Source: Nymphaea colorata (lineage: Eukaryota). Taken from it: DNA of 64,000 nt. The DNA is taken from assembly GCF_008831285.2 (NCBI RefSeq), contig NC_045138.2, positions 39,556,001 through 39,620,000 of the forward strand, given 5' to 3'. Position 1 is the stretch's first letter; each line of letters begins with the position of its first letter. The position numbers and the translations under genes are program-made. Of this stretch, positions 36,244 through 49,715 are shown one piece after another. The notes below the pieces were generated by a model. It was not told the origin of the DNA. It was given only the letters and a program-made list of their open reading frames with translations, and did not search any database.

Positions 36244-37368
36244 ATGGCTTCCATGGGTGCAAGGGCTTTCTTGGTTGCGATGGTGGTCGTTCTCGCCGTG
36301 GCGCTGCCCCTGGTGCAGGCAAAGGGACACCACCCCCATACCCCCACGCCGGCTCCCGCCAGCGCTCCCCTGTCTGCTGCGCCGGTGAGCAACATTGCCG
36401 CTCCTCCTTCCACTTCCGCCGTCTCCGCTCCCGCCCCTGCACCTACAGGCGATGGTTAGTCCTCCTTCTCCTCATTTTCTTCTTCCTCGTGCTGCTTTTG
36501 GTTCTTTTCCTTTTTCCACGTTTCTTCTAAATTCCTTTTGTTTAAGGAACGCTTTTCTTTTCTTTTCCTCTCGTGTTCATCTACTTCTTTTGTTCTAAAC
36601 GGGTTTTCTCTCGTCTTCTTCTCGTTAGGCATCGGTTTACTTTCTTGCTGTTTCTTTTCTATTCTTAGTTTTTCAGTATTGCTAGTTTTTTCTTTCATTC
36701 TTTTGCTGATTTTTTTTTCGGCAAATCATTTAGTTGTTGGTGCTCTGCCGTGCTCGTGGTTTGTTTCCTTCTTTCTGGAACCACTATGTGTTCCATTTTC
36801 TAGATTTAAATTGTTTGGTTTTGTGTTCCATTTTCTAGATTTAAATTGTTTGGTTTTGTGTTCCATTTTCTAGATTTAAATTGTTTGGTTTTGTGTTCCT
36901 TTTTCTAGATTTAAATTGTTTGGTTTTGTGTTCCTTTCTTGTGCCATCGCTGTCTTTCCTTTTCTCTTTACCTTTTTTGTTGCGATTTTATATGATTTCC
37001 TCGCTACCATCGTTGTCTTTCGTTTCCTTTTCTTATCTTGGCGCTATTCTAACGTTTTATCTTTACAAGTGCACGTCATGTTCTTCTTCTCTTTCTCATA
37101 TCTATTCTTCATAAGACGCCAATGATTATTGTTCTTATCAAATCTTTCATTTTATTTTGTTAACCTAATAAATTACATTTGGAGATCGATCTTTCAGTGG
37201 ATTCTCACCACTGCTTGGGCTCTCACTATTTTGAGTCTTCTGATGGCGTTTTTCTTTCTCGCAGGGACGTCGATCGACCAAGGAATCGCATACGTGTTGA
37301 TGCTCGTGGCTCTGGTGCTCACCTACCTCATCCACCCTCTGGATGCTTCCCCCTACAAGCTCTTCTAA
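36244..37368 (+). CDS. Arabinogalactan peptide of the AGP16/20/22/41 family, 104 aa; exons 36244-36454 and 37265-37368
   Basis: Signal peptide MASMGARAFLVAMVVVLAVALPLVQA, AP/TP-rich body, and the diagnostic APAPAPTGDG/TSIDQGIAYVLMLVALVLTYLIH hydrophobic tail (GPI-signal-like). A phase-1 GT-AG intron splits the Gly codon. Confidence 0.95.
36787..36937 (+). repeat. 35-bp minisatellite, about 4.3 copies, in the AGP intron
   Basis: Unit TGTGTTCCATTTTCTAGATTTAAATTGTTTGGTTT at 36787, 36822, 36857 and 36892, plus a partial copy at 36927. Confidence 0.95.
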
Positions 37369-38194
37369 ACCAGAGGGCGCATTGTCTCGTTCGTCCTCGC
37401 TGAAAATCTTTGTTGAGGGATGGGAAAGAAGATAGAGGGAGAAGATACTTGTATTTACACTCTGTGTAACAATGGCGGCTTCTCCTCTTTTTGGTCTTGA
37501 TGGGTCTTGGGGGCTGAACATTTGGGTCCTTTTTACTTTTCTGCTTATTTTATCTCCTTTTGGGCTTTGTTGATGACTGAGTATTTACCATGGGTAGATG
37601 TTCATTATTCTTTTCTCTTCCATTTGTTCTTTCTTTCCTCCTTCCTCGACGGTACCACCATTACATAATAGGTTGTTCTTTTCTTATCCCCTCTCTCTAT
37701 ATCTCTTCGTGTTGCCATGTGATCGTCCACATGGGTTTAGGGTAAAAACTGAAAAAGCAAACATGAAATGGTTAAAAATGGAAGTGACATACAGTCTATG
37801 ACGTGGGTAGCTCAGGTCGTTCCAGTCATCCAGTGTGTTTTTTAATCTTTTGCTGGTACGCCTTTTTTCTGCCATAACTTTCCTGATCTTTTAACGTTAT
37901 CAGGGAAATTTGCTTTATTCCGAAGTATCGAACGAATTTCCTGTATTTTGGCGTTGCGTCCCCAAATAAGAGAGAACTTAAAACTTGCATTTGAAATGCG
38001 AGAATAATTCCAAAGATGAGTACGAGTGTTTCGAAACGAAGTAATTTAAAACATGTTTTCTGTCATTGAAGTTACCTTGTTTGCATTTTAAACAAAAAAT
38101 GTCATTGAAATCTGAGTGTTCCGAATCGAAGTAATTTCAAATATGTTTTCCGTCATTGGAGTTTCAAGTTTTGAACTTATATTTGAAATGCGAG

Positions 38195-38292
38195 AGGAGA
38201 TATCATTGAAGTCTGAGTGTGAAGTAGTTTTTGAACTTTGAACAGGAGATATCATTGAAGTCTGAGTGTGAAGTAGTTTTTGAACTTTGAAC
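38195..38292 (+). repeat. Perfect 49-bp tandem duplication within a longer degenerate array (about 37975-38310)
   Basis: AGGAGATATCATTGAAGTCTGAGTGTGAAGTAGTTTTTGAACTTTGAAC twice. Older related copies (TTTGAAATGCGAGA, CGAAGTAATTT...ATGTTTTC) lie upstream. Confidence 0.9.
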
Positions 38293-40312
38293 AGCAGCAA
38301 TTTCAAATTTGTTTTTCTTAAGATTTGACAGTTATTTTCAATATGCATGCCCCCTCACCCCACCGTCAGAGGTTACAGACACGCTCAAGCATGGTTCCTG
38401 ACGGCTGACAGTTGCAGAGCACGCCCAGTTTATGAAGATGTCGGAAACTCAGTTTCTCATTGAAACGTTAAAAGACAGATGGTTCTGGTTTATTTTTTTC
38501 GACGTTCACCATTACTACCCGACAGTGAATCCGTGACCTCCTATGACGAAGAAGTTCAATCCCCTAACAGCGAACATGGCTCTGCAGTAATTGGCAATTT
38601 GGGAGCCGGAATCCATGGCACGTTCTCGTCCATGGTCGGACGTGCCATGTCTCATTTTATCCAACTACTGATCTGAATTCAAGCACAATTACTAAGAATC
38701 GGTCGCTCTATAAATAGGATTCAGATGCTGTTTTAGCGTGTAGACCACCCAACTGTATAAAGTCTGGGTCAAGCCCAGATCCTAGAAAGGTGTTTGATAA
38801 CAGGGACGCTGCAATTCATAAATGTGTTTCAAGAAATGCACACTTTCATTATTTCTAGATCTCTGCCACATAAATGATCCAATAGAACAAATTGTTGGGT
38901 CTCATGAATTTATAATAATAGTTTATGTAAATTGCTTTAATGGATTCATAAGTTCTTCAGCATTAATGTCGACGGACGTATCCGTGATTCCCATAACCAA
39001 TTTGAGTACTGAGCAGCTGAGTGGGGCATGGAAAGAAGATACAATCCACTTAGTAGATCTATAGCGAAGAGATCCGACCCAAAATCACGTATGAAACTCA
39101 AATCTTCAACTAGCCGGACCAAGATTCAATTTCAAAAAGTCACGTTCCAGCGGCAACAAAAAATTGAACCAGGCGTGCATCTAGATACGTCGGACTACGT
39201 ATCCGGTAGATGCTTATATCCCCTAATCCTACGATGACGACGATGACGGAGTACTGAGTATGCCATGCCAACATGTTTTCTACCTTATTTTGATTGAATG
39301 GACTCATGGCCAGTTTCCCCATCTGAAACGGTCAAAACCTTCGATCCATATTCATGGTGAAATTCCGAAGACCTTTTCACCACCCAATTGAGACGGGGAT
39401 CTCATAAGCTCTTTCGTTGGGACGCTGCACCTTTCCTATAAAACTGGGATTTAGTTGTATGGGTGAAAAATAAAAACACATGCTGACAGTATTAAGATGG
39501 GAAGGGGCTGGAGGAGACTCTTGCATTCACAATCACAAAGCTTTGGCTTTAGTGTTAGCAGGGAAGTGTTTCAGGCGGGTAGGTGGCAAAAGAGCTCCAG
39601 AAATTATTCTCACCAAACCAAAACTGCAATTGTAGCATGACATCATTTACCCATTATGCCTTCCTGTTCATAAAGCCAGCGCTCCAACGGTTCTTCACGC
39701 GGATACTGTTTTAGATGCAGAAACGAGAGAAAACACGCCACCTTCTGCTGTCCAGTTTCACCCACTCTAAAGAGCAGGTAAAGCATAAAGGGAGAGAGGA
39801 TAGAGAGAAAGGTAACCCAAAAAGAAGCACCTCATTCCAACTTCAAAAACTTTCCATGATTTCTAAGCACATTTTGCTCTGCTTTTTTAATCACAAGACA
39901 AAACGGAAAAACTTAATTCCCAGCGAATTCTCCCCGCCATATTCACAAATTGTTCACAACCTTACGACTTATATATGACTTGGGTAGAGAGAGTGCCAGG
40001 AAAGAGAAATATGAAAACGAATTACAAGTTACCGAATGAAACGGTGCAGAAAATGGCCTGCAATAACATGAAAAATGTAACGTCGCTTAGGAGACTGTCT
40101 ACCAAAAGATGTACAGAAGGCCTGATTCCAAAATTTGGTGAGCAACGAAGATCATTGTAGCTGCTCAACTTTATTGTTGAAGCGTGCAATCCACCGCCCC
40201 AAGTTTCTGATGGACTGTCAACTAGCTTGTAACTGTCGTTTAGCTATGTAACCACAATCAGCTGAAGCATCTAGCCCGTTAGTGGAGCAGAAAATGACCA
40301 TACTGCACTACG

Positions 40313-43300
40313 CTATGATCCATCGTGCCTCTTTTGTAGCACGTACTTGACGACTTCATAGAAAGACACCACAATCCCAACTGAAGGCCCAGCGCGGCCT
40401 ACACGTGGACCAACACCTGTAAATAGTCCCTTGATTCCCCCATCTCTGTTGCAGGAACAATGGAAAGCCGTTAGGCAGAGTTTGACATGCAAGTAGCAGC
40501 ATCAGATGCGGACTTCGTGAAGCATCATCTGTGCAAAGAATTTAGGAAGCATATAGAGAAACAGTAACATACACATTCCAGCATTACGACTAACCTACCT
40601 CCAAATATCAATCAATGTTTGCCTGGTGGTCATTCGCAGTGCCTTGGCAGGATCCTTCTGGAAACAACAATCCTCACATTAGTAACAATTAATGTTTGTT
40701 TATGTCAGGACACAAAATCCTTGACAGATGTGATTATCCCATCCAAGTGCTGAGCTTGATAAAACAGAGAATGTAAAATAGAAACCAGCAGTAACTAGGC
40801 CTTTGGCTCCGTAGTGCTTGCTGTCTAGGAGCCTTGACTGTCAAGAACCCATGGCTCATGACTTTGGAGGAAACGTTTCTGCCTATGCAAGATTACTTGA
40901 CCCAGTCAGAACCGAGTAAAAGTTTCAAAAGAAATTCGGCTAGTAAAAGTAATAGCAAAAATATATTCAATTTAAAATTGTATAGCAAGATTGTATAGCA
41001 AGATACTCTTCAACGAGTGCAAATTTTGTAGATAAGTGAAAGAACTTAAATGTTTCAAGATATGCATAAAAATTATCCAATATCTAAAATTTCTAAAAAG
41101 GGACGTACCACCCTAAGATACCATCCTCAATGAAGCGTCTGCACATGACAAAGGACCTCAATATTTCAATATATGCAAAAACATTATCACAATAGCTAAG
41201 ACAATTCTGGGTGCAGGGCCTGTTTAGATAACGAAGTCAGCCATCCAGTCGCACTTTTAACAAGCCTAATATGGGTTTTGCTGTGCTTAGTAAATGAATC
41301 CAGACTGCTAATATTTTCCAGGTTTAAGAATTTCAGATGTCCCATGTTCCATGTGTCAGACTTTCAGATGGGATCGTCAGGCAGCAAGGACATTCAAAAG
41401 TGTCCAATGAATGTTCCCTAAATATTTCTAGCTTTCCATAAAGCGCCTCTAATATTTGGGGCAGATTCATTGAACACTCACCGAGTGTCGTTACTGCCAA
41501 ATGACCCCTAAAGGAGCAAAAGAGAAAACCAGTCGTTCCTGCCAAATGACCCCTAAAAGAGCAAAAGAGAAAACCAGCAGCAGAGAGTAATGCATAACTA
41601 GGCAAACTACCTTATGTTAAATCAGTCCAATCAAAAATGTGGTTTTAAATTTTTAATAGTGCGCACTTCTAGAGTACACAATAAAAAGGACGATTTCAAA
41701 AATGCTATCCTTGTGATAAAGGATTTATAAAAAAGAAAAAAATAATCATTAATAAAATGAAGCCACTTAGGCTTATCCAAGTTTAGCTGAGAGATACCTC
41801 TATCTGTCTTCTTGTTTTTGCAACATCAAGTGGACATGTCGCAGCAGCAGCAAGGCTGCCTGCCACAAAGCCAGCTGAGAAATTTGCCCCAACAATGCTC
41901 ACCGCATTGGCCTCTTCCCCAACCAGTTCAAGTAGCCTTTTCCTAATCTGCAAACAAGACGACAGCTATAACTCCATGACTCCACGTCCTATAACTTGCT
42001 TCACATGAATCCAAATAAAACAAATTATTAATATTACATCCCAATAATGTTTCAAGGGGTTATTAGTATCGTCTTGCCAGACTACTAACATTAAATAGTT
42101 TGAGGGTGAAAAAGACTTTTCACATATGAAGTATGAGAAAACTTGAAAGGCCCTCTAATTTTATAAGAATATCAAATCCATCTAAAGTTGCCGTTTATAG
42201 ATAAGCACCTTCCCATAGTAGGATCCTAGAGTTCATGCTTCAAGAGAGAGTAGATCTTCAGACAATAAAAAAACTTTACTTCCCATAAGGAACATAATTT
42301 CTCAATACAACTATCTTAGTAAAAACAAAAGAAAGAAGACCCATTGACATGTTCACAAATAACGCTATAAAAGGCACACCGATTCTCAGAAACTCAAATT
42401 CCTTACCTTAAGGTTCAAAACTAAACCTACACCATGCTTCCTCAAGTATGCTAGTAAACCAATCTCCTATAAGCCATATCCCATGCATTATGATGCATAG
42501 ATAGAAGAGCAAAAGATATCTTACCACTAAAACTAGTCTCAACATCTGATACATCTCCAATATGAGGTTAACTTATAATGATCCCAACAGAAACGCAAAT
42601 TGCAGTTGATATTGAGAATTTTTAGTTTTATTTCGAGCACGTACCTCTATGTAGGATCCAACTCAACATTGAAAAGGGGTTGCTTTCATTTGCTGTGACC
42701 AAAATAAGGCAATCTAACTGTGCTCTTGTTCTATATGCTTGTATCGTGGGACCATTATTGCTTCTTGGCTCTATGGTCAATACTAGTAAATTCATACATA
42801 TATGGATGGCTTTCTCAGGTTAGCATATCCTCTTATAATTGTTTTTTTTTCTTTCGTTTTTCCTTTTGGGTGACTTTGAATTAGAATATGTGCACCCATG
42901 GCTTAAGCATATAATACACTCTTAAACCCATGATCCTGTCATCAATTACTTTGAGCAACAATATTTATTGCATGTCTAGCTTTAGTCTTCGTCGATTATC
43001 ACAACACAATCCACACTTGTCCTAGAAAGAAAACAACTTACTGGGGCACCTCAATGTACACACAGCGAGACACCGAACCCAGACAACATCATAAAGTTGA
43101 TGAGAAGGATTCGGAAATAAACTCACTCAAAGCATCTGAGTTACAAGAACAAACATCAGTGTGAACAAGCAGGGATAACTCACAGGCTCAAGAGTAGACC
43201 AGCAGATTGCAGAGAATGGAACATCACGTGCTAGCTGTGCTCCCACCCCAGTCCACAAGACACGATAACCTTGAACTAAGAGAGAAGATTAGACCAACTT

Positions 43301-46300
43301 CTATCACAAAGACTACAACGTTCTATTGCACTGAAATTCCATTATCCACGTGACTTACCATTCTGTGTGCTTGATGGACTTCTGACAGATGCTGAAACTC
43401 CAACCAAAGTTTTCCACATTCCAGGAGGCTTTGTTCCGGCATGAATCTCTCTAAAAGCCTAATAAGCAGTCGAAAGAGTATGCAGAATTCAAGCGTTTGA
43501 ATATCCAACCCATGTCGGCATAATCCCTAAACAGAAATATCTCAAAGTCTAGAGATAACATACCTGCATGCGGGTTCTTGCCAGCTCTATAGGAGAGCAA
43601 GCAATACATGCTATTGAACGGGCAATAGATCCTGCAAATAATGGGGCATATGGGCTCAAGCTTGGAGAGTTCCTCTCAGTGAATTCCTCAATCCAGTTCC
43701 GGAAAAGATCATAACAAGGTAAATAAATTCCAACCTGGAAAAAGAAAAAGGTAAGACATTTTGTCATGATGAAGACATATAAATGTAGCACTTTTTCATG
43801 AGGACAAACAAAACGACAGTTGATAATTCAAAAACTTGAACTCAAAACCTCTAAAAGGAATAATGAAAGAGACCAAGGCTTGTTATTCTTTATGCCATTT
43901 AGAGTTCAAGGACCTTTATGTCAGACTCTACAACCAACACTAGTGGTTCCATTCTCTGCACCTGCCTTTCATTTTTCAATTAACTATTTTATCATGCACG
44001 ATGGAATCTACTAACAATTGCAGCAGACCATGTGAAAGTCCTTATGGTTTTTGTTTCGTTATCGTACATCAAAAATTTGGATTCCAATTTTTAATTATTT
44101 TTTTTAATTTGCCACTTTCTGCTTTGACCGCTGGATGATGCAGTGATAAAATGGATTAGACACTTCACCAATACATGAGACTAAAACACCAACTCCATTC
44201 ATATCCACAGAACCGTTCAGTTTTGCTGGTTTTGCTTCTTTATTTTTTGACTTTTCTTAATGAAATCTACCATCCATTAATGTCCTTTAAACAATGTTTT
44301 TACACTTTTACAGCCTTTCTGTTCCTTTAATCATTAATTCAAGGTTAAAACCTTAGAAAGTGGGCAGCATGCCACATAATCATTAAGCCCTACCAGTTGC
44401 ATAATTTTATTCTTTCTATATCATTTTCATTTTTTGTGGTTTGTGCCATCCATGATGAAGAGTATGATACCTTTGCTTTAGAGGGTGCTCTCCTGCACTT
44501 TTAAGCACCACCCAAGTTCTACTTGCCCAATACATTATAACATTAAGATATGAATCATAAAAATTGACACTGTATGAGAGAGACAGGAATTTACAGTTGG
44601 TATAGCCAAAGCAAGGCCTGCATTTGTTCCTCTCCACAACCTAGCAAATCCCTCCTGCACACAGTGACCAAGCAATTGGAAACGGAAATCCTTGAAAATT
44701 TAATAAGATATTTTAATTTACACGTTTTCCCTTAACTGGCGACAGCAAGCATTCCTGAAAGGAACCCATTGCTGGTTATCATAAAATTGCATGTTGAAAA
44801 CATAAAAATTAGAATGACACAAAAAAACTTTACTTTTGCAAGATATAAAACAAAAAGGAACAGAAAAGAAAAATTAAAAGCATTACCTGTCTGATGATTT
44901 TGTAGAAGACATCCATCGTCCCCTTATAATGAAAACAGTCAGGTGGACAATATGGTTCTGCACCAAGAACCCCACCACGTGGACAGGAAGGAGAACATCT
45001 TATATCTGAAAACATCTGAACAGTGTGCAGCAGGAAAATCAATTCGTTTCACAGCCGAAAAAAGGATATAAAGTTAACGAACAAGTGAAAAACCTATATG
45101 TACAGGAACGATAGCCTTGTGAACTAATTTAGTGCTATCTAAACTAGGGCTGCAAATAGGTTGGCTCTGATAAGGCATTTTGACAAGTTTTATCTGTAAC
45201 ACATGCACTGTGAATCTGTCTGTAATCCTAACTTACATGTTATAACAAAGGCAAGTGACAGAAGATGAACTCGTAGCAAAGATATTCTGCAATCTGACTT
45301 GATATCAAACACCTATTAAGCCTGTATTCACGCAATCGGATATAGGGAAACATGCAATTGTCATGTGGCTTGTTTCATTGGCAGGATATAAAGAAAACAT
45401 CGATAATTAAAAATTTTGAAACTTTTCTCCAAACTTAGCTGACATTCTTATCTTACTTACGAAATGATGCTTTGGACTTGCCGATCCATGAAGCGGATAG
45501 CGGCCTTGTGCGGAAGGACTCATTCCCGCCTAAAATTCTTTCGACTTTAAAGGCTCTAAAGCAGCACAACTGACCAAATTTTATGGTCCCTTGTGCGGAT
45601 GCTAGATACTCCATCATAAAAGTAATTAAGCCCATTAAATTTTCTTCTAGGCTTAGAAACATAACAAAATAACAAAAGAGTGATTCTTTTAATTCAGCCA
45701 GAAATGAAAGCATATTGTCTTCTGCATGGCACTGCAAATAAATGGTGAAGCCACAAATGAAAGTATATTGCCTTCTGCATAGCACTGCAAATAAATGGTG
45801 AAGAAAAACATCAAAATGCAAAGAAGCATTGAAGAATTTGTAGGTGTCGCATGTGCACTTAAAAGTGAAACGACCCAGCTCACAAACCAGAGATGCTAAG
45901 AGGGTATATCCCCCGTATATGAGACGGCAAATAGCAGACTATAAATTAAAGAATTGCTACAGTTGCAACCTCCATTGATTGGCATCCTCAATCGAAAAAA
46001 ATATTCAATACGTGTAACTAGCATAGATTTCTTGCGGACAAAAGACGAAGGCAGACGTAAATGAAACAATATCCCCCCTTTCGCACGTACCACGTTCGGC
46101 CCCAAAGGCGCCATTCTTTGTCCGACATGTTGCGGATACTGCCAATAAGCAACTCCGGCAGCCTGAGCCTGCAATCTCGTCTGCAAAACCATCAAAAAGT
46201 AACCAAGCCAATCACGAATAAGTACAGGAACCGAATAGAGGAAAAGAAACACGAAATCGCAATACGACCACAACCCAAGATCCAACAAAAAAATCAAGTA

Positions 46301-46552
46301 TTTTCAGGATCAAGGAAAGCCCGTCATCACCTTGGCGACATCGAGGGGGTTGACGAGAATGGCGGAGAGAACAGCGGCGCCGGCGGCAGAGAACGACCTC
46401 TCGACGAAGCTCATCCGGGAGTCGGGGTGAGGGCGGGACGTGGGTTGCGCTTCCCTCGTCGGCTCCGTATACATGGACTCCATGCTTCCGTCGAACTCGA
46501 CCCTCGAGGCCGCGCCCACCAATGAAGCGAGATTCTGACGGGAGCACACCAT
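40313..46552 (-). CDS. MTM1: Mitochondrial carrier MTM1 (SLC25A39/40-like), 401 aa, 10 exons: 46552-46331, 46180-46091, 45015-44887, 44654-44595, 43734-43564, 43458-43359, 43275-43184, 41947-41798, 40657-40599, 40445-40313
   Basis: Three carrier signatures (PLDVAKTRLQ, PIELARTRMQ, PLDVAKTRRQ) plus EGFARLWRGT, LARDVPFSAICW and RAGPSVGIVVSFYE. All introns are GT-AG and phases are consistent (1206 nt). Confidence 0.93.
41487..41577. repeat. 45-bp tandem duplication in MTM1 intron 8
   Basis: GTCGTT(A/C)CTGCCAAATGACCCCTAAA(G/A)GAGCAAAAGAGAAAACCA twice, with 2 mismatches. Confidence 0.9.
45696..45803. repeat. 53-bp tandem duplication in MTM1 intron 2
   Basis: AGCCA(G/C)AAATGAAAG(C/T)ATATTG(T/C)CTTCTGCAT(G/A)GCACTGCAAATAAATGGTGA twice. 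Confidence 0.9.
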
Positions 46553-46617
46553 CTGGCTGTGCTTTCCCTCTTCCGCCGCGAGGCAGACGTGGCGGAAGGA
46601 CTGGTCTGTTTCCTCTT

Positions 46618-46625
46618 TAGGGTTT
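46618..46625 (-). promoter_or_regulatory. Telo-box (AAACCCTA) in the MTM1 5' leader
   Basis: The + strand reads TAGGGTTT, about 65 bp upstream of the ATG at 46552. Confidence 0.5.
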
Positions 46626-48540
46626 TGCTACTTCCGATTTTAGGAGAAGGAGAGAAGTAGATGGGCGATGGAGGGAAGGGGAGCAGGCGGCGTTCTTCAT
46701 CGCCTCCCGCCTCTTAACGGGAATGAATTCTCGAACCTCCCTGTTTCTCGGGGCTCTCCCTCGGGTGCGCGCACACGCACACACAGAGCACGCAAAGTCC
46801 GAGAGACGGCACGTGTCTACCGCGAATCGTCTTCCTTGCCACGCAGCTCAACGGTGTGCGGCTCGAGACCTAGACCCATTTCATACTTAAAATATTAAAA
46901 ATAATTGAATGGAAATAATATATATATATATATATATATATTTTGAAGAATATTTAACCAGCTATTAAATCAGTTGTAAATGTTTAGACAAACAATACAA
47001 AAATATAAATTTTAAATAAAAATATTCATCGCTTTATTTTCTTTGTTTTTTTTTTTTTTACTTTCAAGGTCACCATTCAATTTTATTATATTTTAAAATC
47101 AGTTTGTTGTCATTGAACAAGCGCGACCTGCGACTGCGTGAATCAGCTAATTTATTGGTTCGGCAATATGAACTGCTAAATAATATTTGAATTTGCGAAA
47201 AACTGAATAAACACGAATAAAAAAAATATAACAAAACAAATAAAATAGTCTAAGAGTTGGCGCTAAATCGAATTCGACGGATTAAGCTGATTTGATGACA
47301 GTGGCTGCAACAAAATTTATTGAAAACCTTGTCCATAGACATTAAAAGTGTAAAGTCCACGTGCAGACTGGATCTTAACTCCAAGATGGGACCAGCTCTA
47401 ATGATTTTAATATTGAAAAAATAGGAAACTTAATCAAATGTTTAATTGGACATTAATTTTCTAAATCACGGCAACCCGTGCCAAGCTTTTTTGTTTCAAT
47501 TGAACACTAACCTTATGGGCGAATTCAAATCGGGTCCAGGTACTTAACCACCTTAATTTAATTTCGTGATGACATAAACAAGCTTTTATTTTCAACCCTA
47601 GTGAACTATAATGTATTGCACTACACCGAATATTTTAAAAGGTAGTTTTTTAGTTTTTATTTTTTAGTTTTGCCCATTCATATCGAATGTTGATCGTACC
47701 AGCGGAGCTATTATGTGACTGGTGTGGGCTACTGTCCATGCCAACCCCTGAAATCATGTATTGTGAACTACGCTAATAGGACCTGCCAGATCTTTCTTTC
47801 TAAATGAAAGATCGGATCGATTAGTGCCCCTCAATCAAATTTTTTTCGACTCCACAGCTAGTTGATCGTACCTGTGTCCAAATCAACATTCCTTCCATAG
47901 GCGTTGGCTAAGCTATGGTAGATTTGTGCGCATCGTTGATAATGTATGTTTTTTTGTGAAGGGGAAGAAAGCCCTAACTCGTGGCCAAGGTCTTGCTTGT
48001 GTAAAGGTCCATGAACATACTCTTCTACATTTTTGTGGCTTGTGAAGGTGTTGCTTGATGCCTCTCAAATTCGAAGGCACTTTTGTGGACATTCCTTTTT
48101 TCTTGGGTGTCATGCAAGGGCTAAGGTATCTTCACGTGTCTTCTTCTCCTCTAGCTGAGCACTTTAACTTTTATTTGGTTTTAAGGGCTTGTTTTTTTAG
48201 TTTACTCATTTTGTCCGTGAAACTTTGTTGTTTGCTCGGCAACATAAAAACTTTGAGACTAAGTCCGCAACATGGTTGAAACTTTATCCAGGGTCTTTCA
48301 CATTTTTAGGTTCCTTTGTTTATTTAATAGTCGCATCACTTGAATATTAAAACATATTTTCTTCGCTTAAAGATGCCCCGAGCGTCACTCCTGACGTTCT
48401 TCCCGTGTTGTCTTTCGTCGTGGCTCATAGTTGTTGGAGTTTTTTTGGAGCGGTACACGTCACAAGTGATACATGTCAATGAGCCATCACATGAACTCGC
48501 AAAGACCTGGAGTTACTTCCGTTCTTCACCACCCCACGCA

Positions 48541-48886
48541 CAGGGATGAACAACGACTTACGACTTGTTAAAAGTTCATGAACTGAGTCATTTGCTTAAC
48601 AAGGGTCGACTCGATCAAATAATTGAGTTAAGTTTGAGCAGAGTCATTGGAACTCGAGTTTATGAGTCGACTTGTTTAAATAGTCAAGTTGAGTTCAAAC
48701 TCGACACGTAATTGCCGAGTCGAACTCAAGCCTTAGTCGAATTTGTCTAGCCTTAATCGAGTCGAGCTCGAGCTTGAGCTCGAGCTCAACACGTAAAGGC
48801 CGAGTCGAACTCGAGGTTTTATTAGTCAAGCCGAGCTCGAACTGACTGAACTCAGACTCGACTCGCTCGGCTCGTATACATTGCTG
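48541..48886. mobile_element. hAT-like MITE with dense CTCGAG/GAGTCGA subterminal repeats
   Basis: CAGGGATGAA...TACATTGCTG ends and repeated GAGTCGAGCTCG/ACTCG motifs typical of plant non-autonomous hATs. No clear TSD. Confidence 0.65.
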
Positions 48887-49499
48887 ACTGCACGGTACGG
48901 TTCTAAAATGGGTGGAGTCCAATCTCGCTTAGTTCTGTGAATTATTTTGGTTGCACCGGATCCAACTACCGCTTTTTATTAAATTTCAACTAAAATAGGT
49001 TTATTTACTAATTGCTCGGCCTTATTCCATGGTATTTCGATCCGTATATATAATTTTACGAGTGCTCGAGTTACCAAATTAAATTTGTTATTTATCGATT
49101 TAGGAAACACTTTTTTTTTAAAAAAAAAAAAAACTAGCATTAGTCCGACCAACTATAGAGGTCGTTTGATAGCGGGCATACTTAATGAGCGCTACCATAT
49201 ATCTTAAAACGATAACGAGTGACGACCCCATCAAACCATAGAATCCAACTTGGTTACGTCCAGTTATTGGATCTTATTCTAATTCAGTTTAAATATGAGA
49301 TCCAGATTTGGATCCAAATACATGGAGTTCAATTTATTTTAGTTTCGTAATGGGCGTGACCAACCTGAATCCTATATGTTTAACAGTAATAAGCTCACCT
49401 ATCAACAGAGAAAAGGGAAAGGAGATCCCGTTTCTCTTCAGTTCCCGTAGGGGTTTCATTTAATACGTCAAGTATTGTCAATGAGCATGTTTTGCATAT

Positions 49500-49715
<216 letters not shown>

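Noticed and set aside
36787..36937. 35-bp repeats as a CRISPR-like array
   Set aside because: The units are head-to-tail with no spacers, lie in a eukaryotic intron, and have no cas genes nearby.
35878..37403. Numerous Arg/Ser-rich or Phe/Leu-rich ORFs around the AGP gene
   Set aside because: They derive from GA/CT-rich UTR and T-rich intron sequence. The spliced AGP model explains the region.
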